From a virus: 48,611 nucleotides of DNA. This document shows positions 19,401 through 24,921 of the stretch, piece by piece (positions within the stretch are counted from its first letter, which is position 1; every line of letters begins with the position of its first letter). The translations under genes and the position numbers were made by a program. Under the pieces are notes generated by a model that saw nothing but the letters and a program-made list of their open reading frames with translations, did not search any database and was not told the origin of the DNA. The stretch lies in IMG/VR virus record IMGVR_UViG_3300013902_000003, positions 1 to 48,611 of that record; one strand, given 5' to 3'.

Positions 19401-21400
19401 AGGGAACTTTCTATAACTTGCTTATTAGAAAGAAGAGAACACTTCAAGCAGAGGAGATGAAAGCATTGTCTAAGAGAGCTAACCTCATACAGGATACGAT
19501 TAAGGCTAATAATATAGATACAGACTCTCTTTATAAGACATGGACTATGAACCTTGAGGATGGTAGGACAGTAACATTTACGACTAGTGAACTAGCTTAT
19601 ATCTATCTCAGTCAGTACTGTCAAGAAAACAGGGAAGCTTTGGCGTATGGTACATTTGTATCAATTGACGAAAAGAGTACATTCCAAAAGGGTGCTGATA
19701 GTGTGATTATCGGTCAAGGCAAATCTCTTATTGAAGCAAGAGAAAACAAGGTCAATGATGATATAAGACAACTAGGAGACTGGAGATATAACGAGGCTCT
19801 GTCACTTGCAAAAACAGTCATTGAGGGCGACAAAGGTATCTACAATCTAGTTAAAGCAATTGAAAGCGACTTTAATAGTTCTGACTTCCAAAGAGTTATT
19901 GACCTTACAAGAAAGATTTATAATGTTGATATTAAGAAGGAAGATTATTACCTTCCACTTAATCGAACAGACTTCTTAGGCAAAGACCCTGGGGAAGATA
20001 TTAAGAATGATCTATTAAATACAGTACCTGGAACTAGAGGTGTAGTAGACAAAGGCTTTACAAAAGAAAGAAACAAGACAATATCACCACTGCATCAGAA
20101 AGCTATTAAATATGATTTATTTAAGGTATGGACTGAATCCGTAAAGAAACAAGAGCACTTTATAGCAATGCAAGAATACATTAATCAGCTTAACTCTCTC
20201 TTTGTGGATGGAGATAAAGCTAAACTGTTGCGTTCTAGAATTGAGAATACATACGGTAAAACAATGCTTGATAACCTTGACGAGTATATTAAAGAAGTAG
20301 CTAACCCAGACGCAGGAGCACTACAACAAGACCCTGCTAAAGATATTCTTAATGCCGCCAAAGGAAATATTTACGCAGCTTATCTAGGGTTCAAGTTGTC
20401 ATCTATTACTAATCAGCTGATAACGTCCCCTGCAGCATTCCTAGGTAAAGTATCACCAATAAGACTAGCTAGCAATCTTCTACAGATGATAGTTCATTAC
20501 AAAGATATAAGTGAAAAAGTATTTGAGCTCTCTCCATTTATGAAGAGTAGAAACTTTGACCTTATAGCAGGCGAGATTAAAGAGAGTGCAGAGAATCTAG
20601 GTTTAAGCAAAGCACAAAGAGGATGGAATAAGGTCTTAGAGTTTGGACTTAAAGGCTTAGAGTTTGCTGACCAATTTAGCGTAGTTGCAGGTTGGAAAGC
20701 AATCTTTGACCAAGAATTAGAGAGACTAGGAGGGGAGACAGAAGAGAATATCAGAACAGCATCTGCAATTGCTGATGAATACGTTTATGAAACACAGCCT
20801 TTGAGTGATAAGTCAGAGATAGCACCACTATTTAAGAATAAGAGTGCCTTTACAAATATCATGTTGCAGTTCCAAACATCATTAAACGTTGTATGGAATA
20901 ACCTAGCTTATGATACAGTACAAGACTTTAGAAAAAAGAATTGGAGAAAAGCTGTAGGAACGGTAGTAGGTTATGCAATGGCAGGCTCATTACTAGCTCT
21001 AGCACATGGAGAATTTAAGCCTGATGATGACGATGACGAAGACGAGAAGTTAAAGAAGTTCTGGATGAAGTTTGGATACTCTGTATTATCTCAAGGAGTT
21101 GAAAGTATTCCTATCTTCTCTAATGTTGTAGATCCTATCTTTAAGTATATCGTTACGGATGAAAAGCCTAGTTATACAAGCAATATGATTACTCCATTCC
21201 CATTTATTGCTAACGCCTCAGAAGCAACAAAGTACACAGTACAGGCTATAAGAGAGAAAGATACAGAAGCTCTTACTAAAGCACTAGACAAAGGAGCAGA
21301 CGCATTTATGCTAGCTCTAGGCTTACCATACTCAGGGCTTAGAGAGCTTCAAGCAATACAGGATGTAGGTATTCAGGCGCTCATAGGAGAGAGAAAGTAA
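10436..21400 (+). CDS. Giant multi-domain ('polyvalent') internal/ejected virion protein (gp16 position), 3654 aa
   Basis: Single uninterrupted ORF. It contains Gly-zipper hydrophobic segments, an HELNH zincin motif, two HG[TS]P...GW.G.G.YF modules, an acidic tract, a long K/E coiled coil and C-terminal hydrophobic segments. Confidence 0.7.
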   Translation: MEVMANNINTLVSSNNGVQSGATIVGRNNDKTISNLNKASSIYSGSFRQRTTQASNESLNRTASLYSGSRRSMYDDNNNTSNSSAVTLPEPDENLFNEFMATVAPYVKMSDEEKNYYYQISSSISANGGDASVWAQDFLSTNAIANVLGVSRSEVNQNRSQMLNYYLGIEDDKPLDFTTGATLINSINQGLRQQEEAGLQEDLINLYKKGYDDNSPEVQQTVKQILQKEQEMSYFEDSNPRMWTTEWAKNSLSQLAYMGVGTLTGTLGGVVGGLIGNTVFGLAGGVKGFQIGSGLARFLTYDKQFEASAFWNMKQAGVSTETALKYSNIDGFINGLNEAFLDVGYSQVMGGVGKLAGVADLGGKIVPTIVSRVAKDGTLAGWLGRLLLYMGLDATGEFVQESTQSLTSSALQAIAEATDGMNYSSSVKEALSSAWEEGIQGFATGLFFSGFGSGINVLDIKKTSKLKNNSLHSYSQEAYVNNQENRNLVKSLKLGGSELSEDNVTNLLKKLYDSTQKVRDDIKNGIRKDLFEQLKTIDGSLNENVLDGVDITTNEIKDVDGNVISGKKTEVKRKSDGSTYFVVDKEEDGTEDGKEHYTMRIANPNVVGSSRLGEIYVDAKTAEYNNELLNAVKTSPKALSMEQAGAISFTLDGETKTLTIESVNVQDDNASLKEQAIRDLMSMYSDYSIEWNNRSQSDNAVFSSIESSNPRNTSTNTYGLNYSDNSKTTEEQNDRAYVRRWLGSSFSENASENDFMATILQGAAKARGLSGQEFIEKYFTEIRESENKDANVKGYTKTSRDELSKQVKATIYAGKSADPTTFLHELNHAIILMGDNRKEFTSIFNKVKGTKQFMSFVKKNMDILRYVVGKTDDKGVYVLENGNYVLDEAKLQSLFQDVNNWTRDDFEFEARLYEAYMRSGQTLNPTLTGFFRRVAETFRRIYTALRNGISSSNLNDEIVAYFDKLYGYDSSTGTTSVLNDSGELHDIGELRQEKDSRDELTFDEEGLLRYQSVRNYLYKKFGLQKNGNTEFLIHNKDQNTNYRLSKTSLNKMLSKKATDKSYINGFSTSEHNEAVSNVKELFENAILKTRESDKKNSPDMKDIERFEVDFSYNGEENRLYTALFTAKRYADSRVSNGLYSIELVGIKIAPSTGVENSTVVKLNHIRGFDEANNNVSFNDNIAPDSKSVKGDALTQTQDDISNLSAIEQFDAIKKQYYGTDKYMITPNGKATNLTEEQWIQVRTPNFIRWFGDWINDPDNASKVVDENGEPKSVKHGTPNKDFESFDLSKTGSNTDAGWLGKGFYFYGNADAYASQYAGKDGRVIEAFLNIRDPYYISESERRNLIESDSLEASEEFRDELIDEGYDGVFYNGDLDEEWTTFNPNQIKSATENNGEFSTESDSILKQTDDQPQKSLIGDYFVIRTPKEEVSSLLENASKDSYILNGGEPFSRENWDKTFKDFSADTTIGKVFLGQHQYEKLINKGRTLDWTLIKPTLENPSVILAETDENGNENGCYEFIKSFKENGETKWFYSVIVTKKDAGLFSISNRRTHRKQIENKMVKYLRAITASEISEERRNSVQEHPQSTAVLNYNNNLEPRIVKGLARTQVSESASNQEETTLFQTSTPSTFDSEIDNLTSNDIGKPNDTIVFATNTPKVFTELGLPDLSVEMYKDKLARGLFDSPNKNHGHNDTISQDIVKEINRKFADPIMIFDSTTKGSIVAVYDIPPQLVKKKSINLIMASIAENTQKPNSLIVNLITSMYGKDSDFSYINWIQKGLLRYIDDKKVGGLTVRLQLPSAFPPTNSNILTKTALVNKYGSSALFQVEKNTQSDLSDKLMQLAYHGSPNEIIGELSTKYMGSGEGVQIHGWGLYFAQDENISKERYISRLAELKDEDILSFDGKEITISDYVNTFPLMEMASSWYEWKKELYNSLIDNVKRNDIIERETNAIKNEIKGYEKQIHLLRTILDNPSDDEARKELDDIPTGEDARRTIIDNENWITIYNQSLNLLSQIQKNPEKLSLSNPTRPSLFINGEEIKPSTDSAIAELYGTIIDYSLENNLIKKPEGEVSFSSGLNRKLEDKYYQEYFKTLFDEGKLIPMIEGMSNSPISDSFNIEDVLDVAKSINSVEVYAPTYGSLLTVDIPENEVLLDEEKRFSNQSEFVQKAIKRLFANEFGMDFNENWRGEGIYSAIQQQIAKKLQSPEDLPKQASLMLAKYGVEGITYVGETDGRCFVIFTDEAIKKVDSRLYQIGDSEWTETAKRIAYEASSLEDFFKKYREQVEDGNIELDDANVSQLLTSIYDEAESEAYDPTIEGYFDEEESSSIVDEDWSVEEVESPTEEESMASPSTTTSMSDEVPDWFDLTEEEIASLNKDAETTEKNTQELEKNISDIQKVVVDADLPKGLSLDHSRSLDTSSHARAIEFANILKGSKEATIEFLKALREVNNEFFYNNGAEYNEAVNEESYQAKTIRESAFNNFKNMSKFIQNLVYESRGSQYRNLDKITDRAWKIVAGQVSANPDVYMDLYSRASGNTSWSGENSIEARVLSEIGLTERDWNNLSYSKRKEYIQYIEDKDIRKKILTGDVKDIDLRGYIERTEKRAEAALSEAKALEESQKYIIDENKKTILKLGNESQNYQKQLLEIEKEKNEIQEKLERNVKSMENKLKSSNMDTSNTLVHADLLKKMTELNRREAQYQKALKMWQKGSSTVTQEDLTRIKGLIEDARAKIEELQKAEEITPEEAIKRLQSLYNAWKDAKTKETIDKLKDKYNVRLSNLRQTKNEAIVETRKRYMEIMKERETLRRIRSEKERLIKQIMKAPSANIAREEARQIKALQLLIDPAFRRGTIKALDGKVYTVAELKAMLTKNSDDPVIQTLTERQIERLTKTSLDEMTLSEVEDTYRYIKHLREEGLNKRRSEIIQRKAETQIIYNELTNALMESKNFADYGFEGTEDKKNRLNTKSGKVRNAWYQTLNMARKAQILDNNEKGTFYNLLIRKKRTLQAEEMKALSKRANLIQDTIKANNIDTDSLYKTWTMNLEDGRTVTFTTSELAYIYLSQYCQENREALAYGTFVSIDEKSTFQKGADSVIIGQGKSLIEARENKVNDDIRQLGDWRYNEALSLAKTVIEGDKGIYNLVKAIESDFNSSDFQRVIDLTRKIYNVDIKKEDYYLPLNRTDFLGKDPGEDIKNDLLNTVPGTRGVVDKGFTKERNKTISPLHQKAIKYDLFKVWTESVKKQEHFIAMQEYINQLNSLFVDGDKAKLLRSRIENTYGKTMLDNLDEYIKEVANPDAGALQQDPAKDILNAAKGNIYAAYLGFKLSSITNQLITSPAAFLGKVSPIRLASNLLQMIVHYKDISEKVFELSPFMKSRNFDLIAGEIKESAENLGLSKAQRGWNKVLEFGLKGLEFADQFSVVAGWKAIFDQELERLGGETEENIRTASAIADEYVYETQPLSDKSEIAPLFKNKSAFTNIMLQFQTSLNVVWNNLAYDTVQDFRKKNWRKAVGTVVGYAMAGSLLALAHGEFKPDDDDDEDEKLKKFWMKFGYSVLSQGVESIPIFSNVVDPIFKYIVTDEKPSYTSNMITPFPFIANASEATKYTVQAIREKDTEALTKALDKGADAFMLALGLPYSGLRELQAIQDVGIQALIGERK
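12905..12919 (+). other. HExxH zinc-metallopeptidase motif (HELNH, residue 824) inside the giant ORF
   Basis: cac gag ctt aac cat is read in frame. Confidence 0.6.
14258..14630 (+). other. ART-like polyvalent-protein module 1 (HGTPNKDF...GWLGKGFYFYG...DGVFYNG...NPNQIKSATENNGEF)
   Basis: Motif pattern recalled from ADP-ribosyltransferase-like domains of phage/ICE polyvalent proteins; not searched. Confidence 0.45.
15958..17170 (+). other. Divergent second copy of the same module (AYHGSPNEI...GWGLYFAQ ... GVEGITYVGETDGRCFVIF), split by a helical insert
   Basis: The N- and C-terminal motifs are shared with module 1. Confidence 0.4.
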
Positions 21401-21408
21401 AGAAAAAA

Positions 21409-21447
21409 GGAGACGGACGACAAGATAAAGGCGAAACGTCCATCTCC
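21409..21447. other. Long hairpin after the giant gene, flanked by A-runs on the + strand
   Basis: GGAGAcGGACG ... CGTCCaTCTCC, an 11-bp stem with one mismatch. The T-run is present only on the minus strand. Confidence 0.4.
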
Positions 21448-21507
21448 AAAAAATAATTCACATTACTTGATATAAGTATAAATAAGGTTATATGAGTTGT
21501 CATTTTT

Positions 21508-21527
21508 AGAACGACAGAGCCACCAAC
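21508..21527 (+). promoter_or_regulatory. Late-block motif copy B (AGAACGACAGAGCCACCAAC), upstream of the membrane/lysis cassette
   Basis: Same bipartite motif as the other copies, with CCAAC at offset 15. Confidence 0.5.
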
Positions 21528-21540
21528 AAAAATTTTCTAA

Positions 21541-22014
21541 TTGCATTACTATAGATTCATGCAGTCGGTAGAGAATAGAGAAACGAAGAAAGACATGATA
21601 CTTAACTTTGCAAGCCAGGGGATAGTTTTCGTCATGTCTTTACTGAAGCTCTTCCTTCCTCAGACCTTTCGACTCACTGGCGAGGAGTTACTTATGGATG
21701 TATTAAACGCATTCGATTACAGACTTATTCCATGGGTGTTTGTTCTCAATATCGTGGGATATTGGCTCAAGAAACTTCCACTTCCAAAATGGGTACCACC
21801 AACACCACTTTTGTTAATGCTTGCATCTTTTTTAGTTTGTACAAGCTTTGGTTGGGCTCATACAGATGTCGAAGGAGCAAAGGCCGTATATGTATCAATC
21901 TTTGAATACGGCTTAGGAAACGGGGCCATTGTTGCTATGCTAGCAATCTTTGGCTATGACTCAGTTCACGCATTTACTAAGCGTAGAGGATTCACTCCAA
22001 AGGAGGAGAAGTAA
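21541..22014 (+). CDS. Holin-like membrane protein (start uncertain: 21595 or 21631 are more likely)
   Basis: Three hydrophobic segments and a basic C-terminus. First gene after the structural block. The ORF-track start is TTG. Confidence 0.45.
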   Translation: MHYYRFMQSVENRETKKDMILNFASQGIVFVMSLLKLFLPQTFRLTGEELLMDVLNAFDYRLIPWVFVLNIVGYWLKKLPLPKWVPPTPLLLMLASFLVCTSFGWAHTDVEGAKAVYVSIFEYGLGNGAIVAMLAIFGYDSVHAFTKRRGFTPKEEK

Positions 22015-22016
22015 AG

Positions 22017-22619
22017 ATGAAGCAGATGACAAAAAATAAGACTCTTGTATATGCTCTTGCATCTTTTGGAATGGCATTACTCTTTGGTCTTCTTTCGGGC
22101 CTTGTCTTTGATTATCTACCTGGCTACATCGTGTTGTGGTCTTTCTTTGGTGCAATCTTAGGTTCATGCCTTAGTAGAGTAATCTTCCATATTTACTATG
22201 ATGATTGTAGTGCTGAAATGTGGCAAGTTGCTATATATCATATCATCGCAGACATTGGAGTTATCGGTCTCATATATGCTGATACATGGGGATGGGTATC
22301 GTTCTTTGCAGCACTTTTAGTTGGTATGACTCTTATGGCTGTTGGTAGCAGATTTATCAAATACAAGGGTGGTACTCTCTTGCAGTGGTCACTTGAAAAC
22401 ACCACTAGATACTATCCAAAGGGAGATGACCCAAAGGCTGAAGAAGATACTTCACGTCCTATTATCACTTATGCAGGACAGGTTTTAACAATCAAAGAAG
22501 CAATGGAACGAGGACTCTTTGACGCAGTAAAAAACGCGAAGAACGAACTCTCAAGAATTTACGGCATCACTTTCAAGGAGAAGAAAGAGAAGGCCGACAA
22601 GACTGAAGAAGGAAAGTGA
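22017..22619 (+). CDS. Four-TM membrane protein with a charged C-terminal domain
   Basis: Starts 2 nt after the previous stop. Hydrophobic N-terminal 115 aa. Confidence 0.55.
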   Translation: MKQMTKNKTLVYALASFGMALLFGLLSGLVFDYLPGYIVLWSFFGAILGSCLSRVIFHIYYDDCSAEMWQVAIYHIIADIGVIGLIYADTWGWVSFFAALLVGMTLMAVGSRFIKYKGGTLLQWSLENTTRYYPKGDDPKAEEDTSRPIITYAGQVLTIKEAMERGLFDAVKNAKNELSRIYGITFKEKKEKADKTEEGK

Positions 22620-22620
22620 A

Positions 22621-23196
22621 ATGTGGGAAAAAAGATTAAGTATATTTTTAGTGGTTTTATTGGTGGTATCTTGTTGTGTCTGGGCATTACCAGGGGCAAA
22701 AAAGGCAGTAAAGGAAACTCCGGTAGTAGTGGAGGAGGAAGCGCCTCAGATATCGACCTCAGTAGACTCTCAGAACTCATCACAGAGCGAAGCAACAGAG
22801 ACATCGATAGACTTAGACGAAGCGTTGAAGATCTTAAAAGGCAATAACTTTATCATTGGTGCTGAAAAGATTAACGCAGTAGCAACCGCCGTTGAAGAAG
22901 TTGCATCAAATCAGGAGCTTAACAATGCATTAATTGCTACTCAGAATCAGCAAATTGAATCTCTTAAAAAGGAAGTTAACGCTACTAGATTCTTTGCAGA
23001 TTTAGGTGTTGCTTTTGGGTTTAAAGACAAAGGTATCAATTACGGAGTTGTCGGTGATATGGGTTTAAAGCTTGGTAAAGGATTCATCACCAAAGTTGGA
23101 GTTCAGTATATGCTAGGCGACCTCTCTAATATTAGTAACTTACAGTGGAGCTTGGAAAACATGACAGTCCAGACTACTGTCGGTTGGGAATGGTAA
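22621..23196 (+). CDS. Lipobox or signal-anchor protein with a coiled coil and a C-terminal beta-strand anchor ending GWEW (spanin-like candidate)
   Basis: The N-terminus LVVLLVVSCC fits a lipobox (VVSC). Central heptad region NQELNNALIATQNQQIESLKKEV. The last ~69 aa alternate hydrophobic and Gly residues and end in an aromatic residue. Confidence 0.45.
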   Translation: MWEKRLSIFLVVLLVVSCCVWALPGAKKAVKETPVVVEEEAPQISTSVDSQNSSQSEATETSIDLDEALKILKGNNFIIGAEKINAVATAVEEVASNQELNNALIATQNQQIESLKKEVNATRFFADLGVAFGFKDKGINYGVVGDMGLKLGKGFITKVGVQYMLGDLSNISNLQWSLENMTVQTTVGWEW

Positions 23197-23225
23197 TCAC
23201 CCATTCTTATCATAATTTAACCTCT

Positions 23226-23265
23226 TGTGCTTTGCTTAACTTCACGGGCAAGGCACATTTTTTTA
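23226..23265 (+). terminator. Rho-independent terminator
   Basis: TGTGCTTTGC ... GCAAGGCACA stem followed by TTTTTTT. Confidence 0.65.
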
Positions 23266-23312
23266 TTGATACATATTGTTCTATATTAGCAGAAATAATC
23301 AGAATATGACTA

Positions 23313-23326
23313 AAATGTGACCATTT
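23313..23326. promoter_or_regulatory. Degenerate operator-like site O5 (AAATGT-ga-CCATTT), upstream of the sigma-like regulator gene
   Basis: One mismatch to the AAATGT-N2-ACATTT pattern; no clear TTGACA box follows. Confidence 0.3.
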
Positions 23327-23368
23327 AAAGACTAAACGCAAAATAAAAACGGGTGGACAATAAGACAT

Positions 23369-23662
23369 GTGGAGAAACGGCGTTTATTATTAAAAGCCTG
23401 CCTCAAAAAAATCGATGAAGCTTCCCTTCGAACTATTTGTCAAAAAGCAATCCTCACCGACACCGAGACAGACATTATCGCTATGACTTGTTCTAGAGAC
23501 CATGACATACGATATATATCAGATACGTTGAATGTTAGCCAATCGACTCTGCAAAGGAAAAAGATGAAAGCAGTAGAAAAACTTCTCTTCCGCCTGAGAA
23601 TAGAAAACCACCATTCCATGGATGAAATTAGAATAAAGGTAGAACAATTCCTTTTCAATTAA
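23369..23662 (+). CDS. Small sigma-70 region-4-like / ArpU-RinA-type late transcription regulator (GTG start)
   Basis: LTDTETDIIAMTCSRDHDIRYISDTLNVSQSTLQRKKMKAVEKL fits the region-4 HTH pattern. Confidence 0.5.
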   Translation: MEKRRLLLKACLKKIDEASLRTICQKAILTDTETDIIAMTCSRDHDIRYISDTLNVSQSTLQRKKMKAVEKLLFRLRIENHHSMDEIRIKVEQFLFN

Positions 23663-23694
23663 TCTCTGAAAATTTAACCATAGGAGATTTTACT

Positions 23695-24186
23695 ATGGCA
23701 GAGATTAATTATGCTACAAATGGTAAAGGCAACCTAGGTGTTACTCTAGGTGCAATTGGTACGGGCTTAGGCGTTCTTGGTAACGGTTTAGGCGGGCTTT
23801 TTAATGGCATGGGATACAACAATGTTAACGTGCCAGAGTGGGTAAGCAAGGAAGAATTTAATCAAGGACAGAAGATTAGCTCTCTTGAGAGTGAGAATGC
23901 TCTTTTAAGAGCAGAGAAAAACACTGACTCTAAGATGATTGATGTTTACGAAAGATTGGATTCTAAAATTAGAACCCTTGAAGCAACAGTTAACTCATTT
24001 AAAGCGGAACAAGGAGTTATCAATGCTCAGATGATTAGCAATATTAGTGTAATGCAGAATCAGATAGCAGTCCTCAATAGCTTAACTAAGACAGTTATAC
24101 CTATCACTAATGTATGCCCAGAGCCAATGCAGAGATACAACAGTTGGACAGCTCCCACAGGCACAGCATCAGGAACAACAACTTAA
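23695..24186 (+). CDS. Gly-zipper hydrophobic N-terminus plus coiled-coil protein (i-spanin-like architecture)
   Basis: Strong SD (AGGAGA). GNLGVTLGAIGTGLGVLGNGLGGLFNGMG is followed by ~100 aa of heptad-like sequence, with a Cys near the C-terminus. Confidence 0.5.
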   Translation: MAEINYATNGKGNLGVTLGAIGTGLGVLGNGLGGLFNGMGYNNVNVPEWVSKEEFNQGQKISSLESENALLRAEKNTDSKMIDVYERLDSKIRTLEATVNSFKAEQGVINAQMISNISVMQNQIAVLNSLTKTVIPITNVCPEPMQRYNSWTAPTGTASGTTT

Positions 24187-24203
24187 TAAAGAAGGATTGA
24201 AAG

Positions 24204-24527
24204 ATGATAACACAAGAGCAAGCAATAGACGGACTAACGGCATATCTAGAAAGCGAAATAATATCAAAAATCAAAGGAGTTCCTAAATGGCTATCAGGAG
24301 CATTCATTAGAGACATTGTTGAAAACTATGTGGAGGATGGGAGAGCCTTCTTAAAGATGGTAAATTGTCTCTCTGAAGATGGAATGATAGACGCTAACAG
24401 ATTTACAGACAGGCTTCTTGAATCTGCAAAGAAATATGGCTCTGTAACACAAAGCGTAAAATTCATTGGAGACATCTCTTTTTCAGAGAATGATATTATT
24501 ACTCTTAAACGGCACTTAGGTATCTAG
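24204..24527 (+). CDS. Hypothetical protein
   Basis: SD (AAGGA), 107 aa, followed by a terminator hairpin. Confidence 0.55.
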   Translation: MITQEQAIDGLTAYLESEIISKIKGVPKWLSGAFIRDIVENYVEDGRAFLKMVNCLSEDGMIDANRFTDRLLESAKKYGSVTQSVKFIGDISFSENDIITLKRHLGI

Positions 24528-24558
24528 CCTTTCTCTTGCTACTGACTGTAAAGAAAAC

Positions 24559-24592
24559 GCCCTAGCACCTCTTCAAAAGCTAGGGCATCTTT
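24559..24592 (+). terminator. Terminator hairpin
   Basis: GCCCTAGC ... GCTAGGGC 8-bp stem followed by a short T-rich tract. Confidence 0.5.
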
Positions 24593-24672
24593 GTGATAAA
24601 ATTATTTTTTTGTAGGTTGCACTACACTGGTACAAATAGTATAGCATCCTTCAATAAAAACAGTCAAAAAAG

Positions 24673-24690
24673 TTGTCACCTCATTGTCAC
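24673..24690 (+). repeat. Tandem TTGTCAC repeats with an 11-bp period (arm-type integrase site candidate, pair 1)
   Basis: TTGTCAC at 24673 and 24684. Confidence 0.5.
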
Positions 24691-24859
24691 TTATAGATGT
24701 CAAGAGATTACACAAAAGAACAAAATAAGAGTCTATCTTGTGTCTATTTGTTCAGATATTGCACAAATAGCAACAATTCTGACTGACACGGGTGGCTACG
24801 TTGTTTTATTTAGCATCTACTTAACATTCAATAAGTTATTAATTTTTTTTAATGTTTTT

Positions 24860-24877
24860 TTGTCACGCTCTTGTCAC
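24860..24877 (+). repeat. Tandem TTGTCAC repeats with an 11-bp period (pair 2); a fifth variant TTGTGAC lies at 24904-24910
   Basis: TTGTCAC at 24860 and 24871. Confidence 0.5.
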
Positions 24878-24921
24878 TTTTTTACTCTTTTTTATCCTAA
24901 AAATTGTGACAAAATGGAGAT

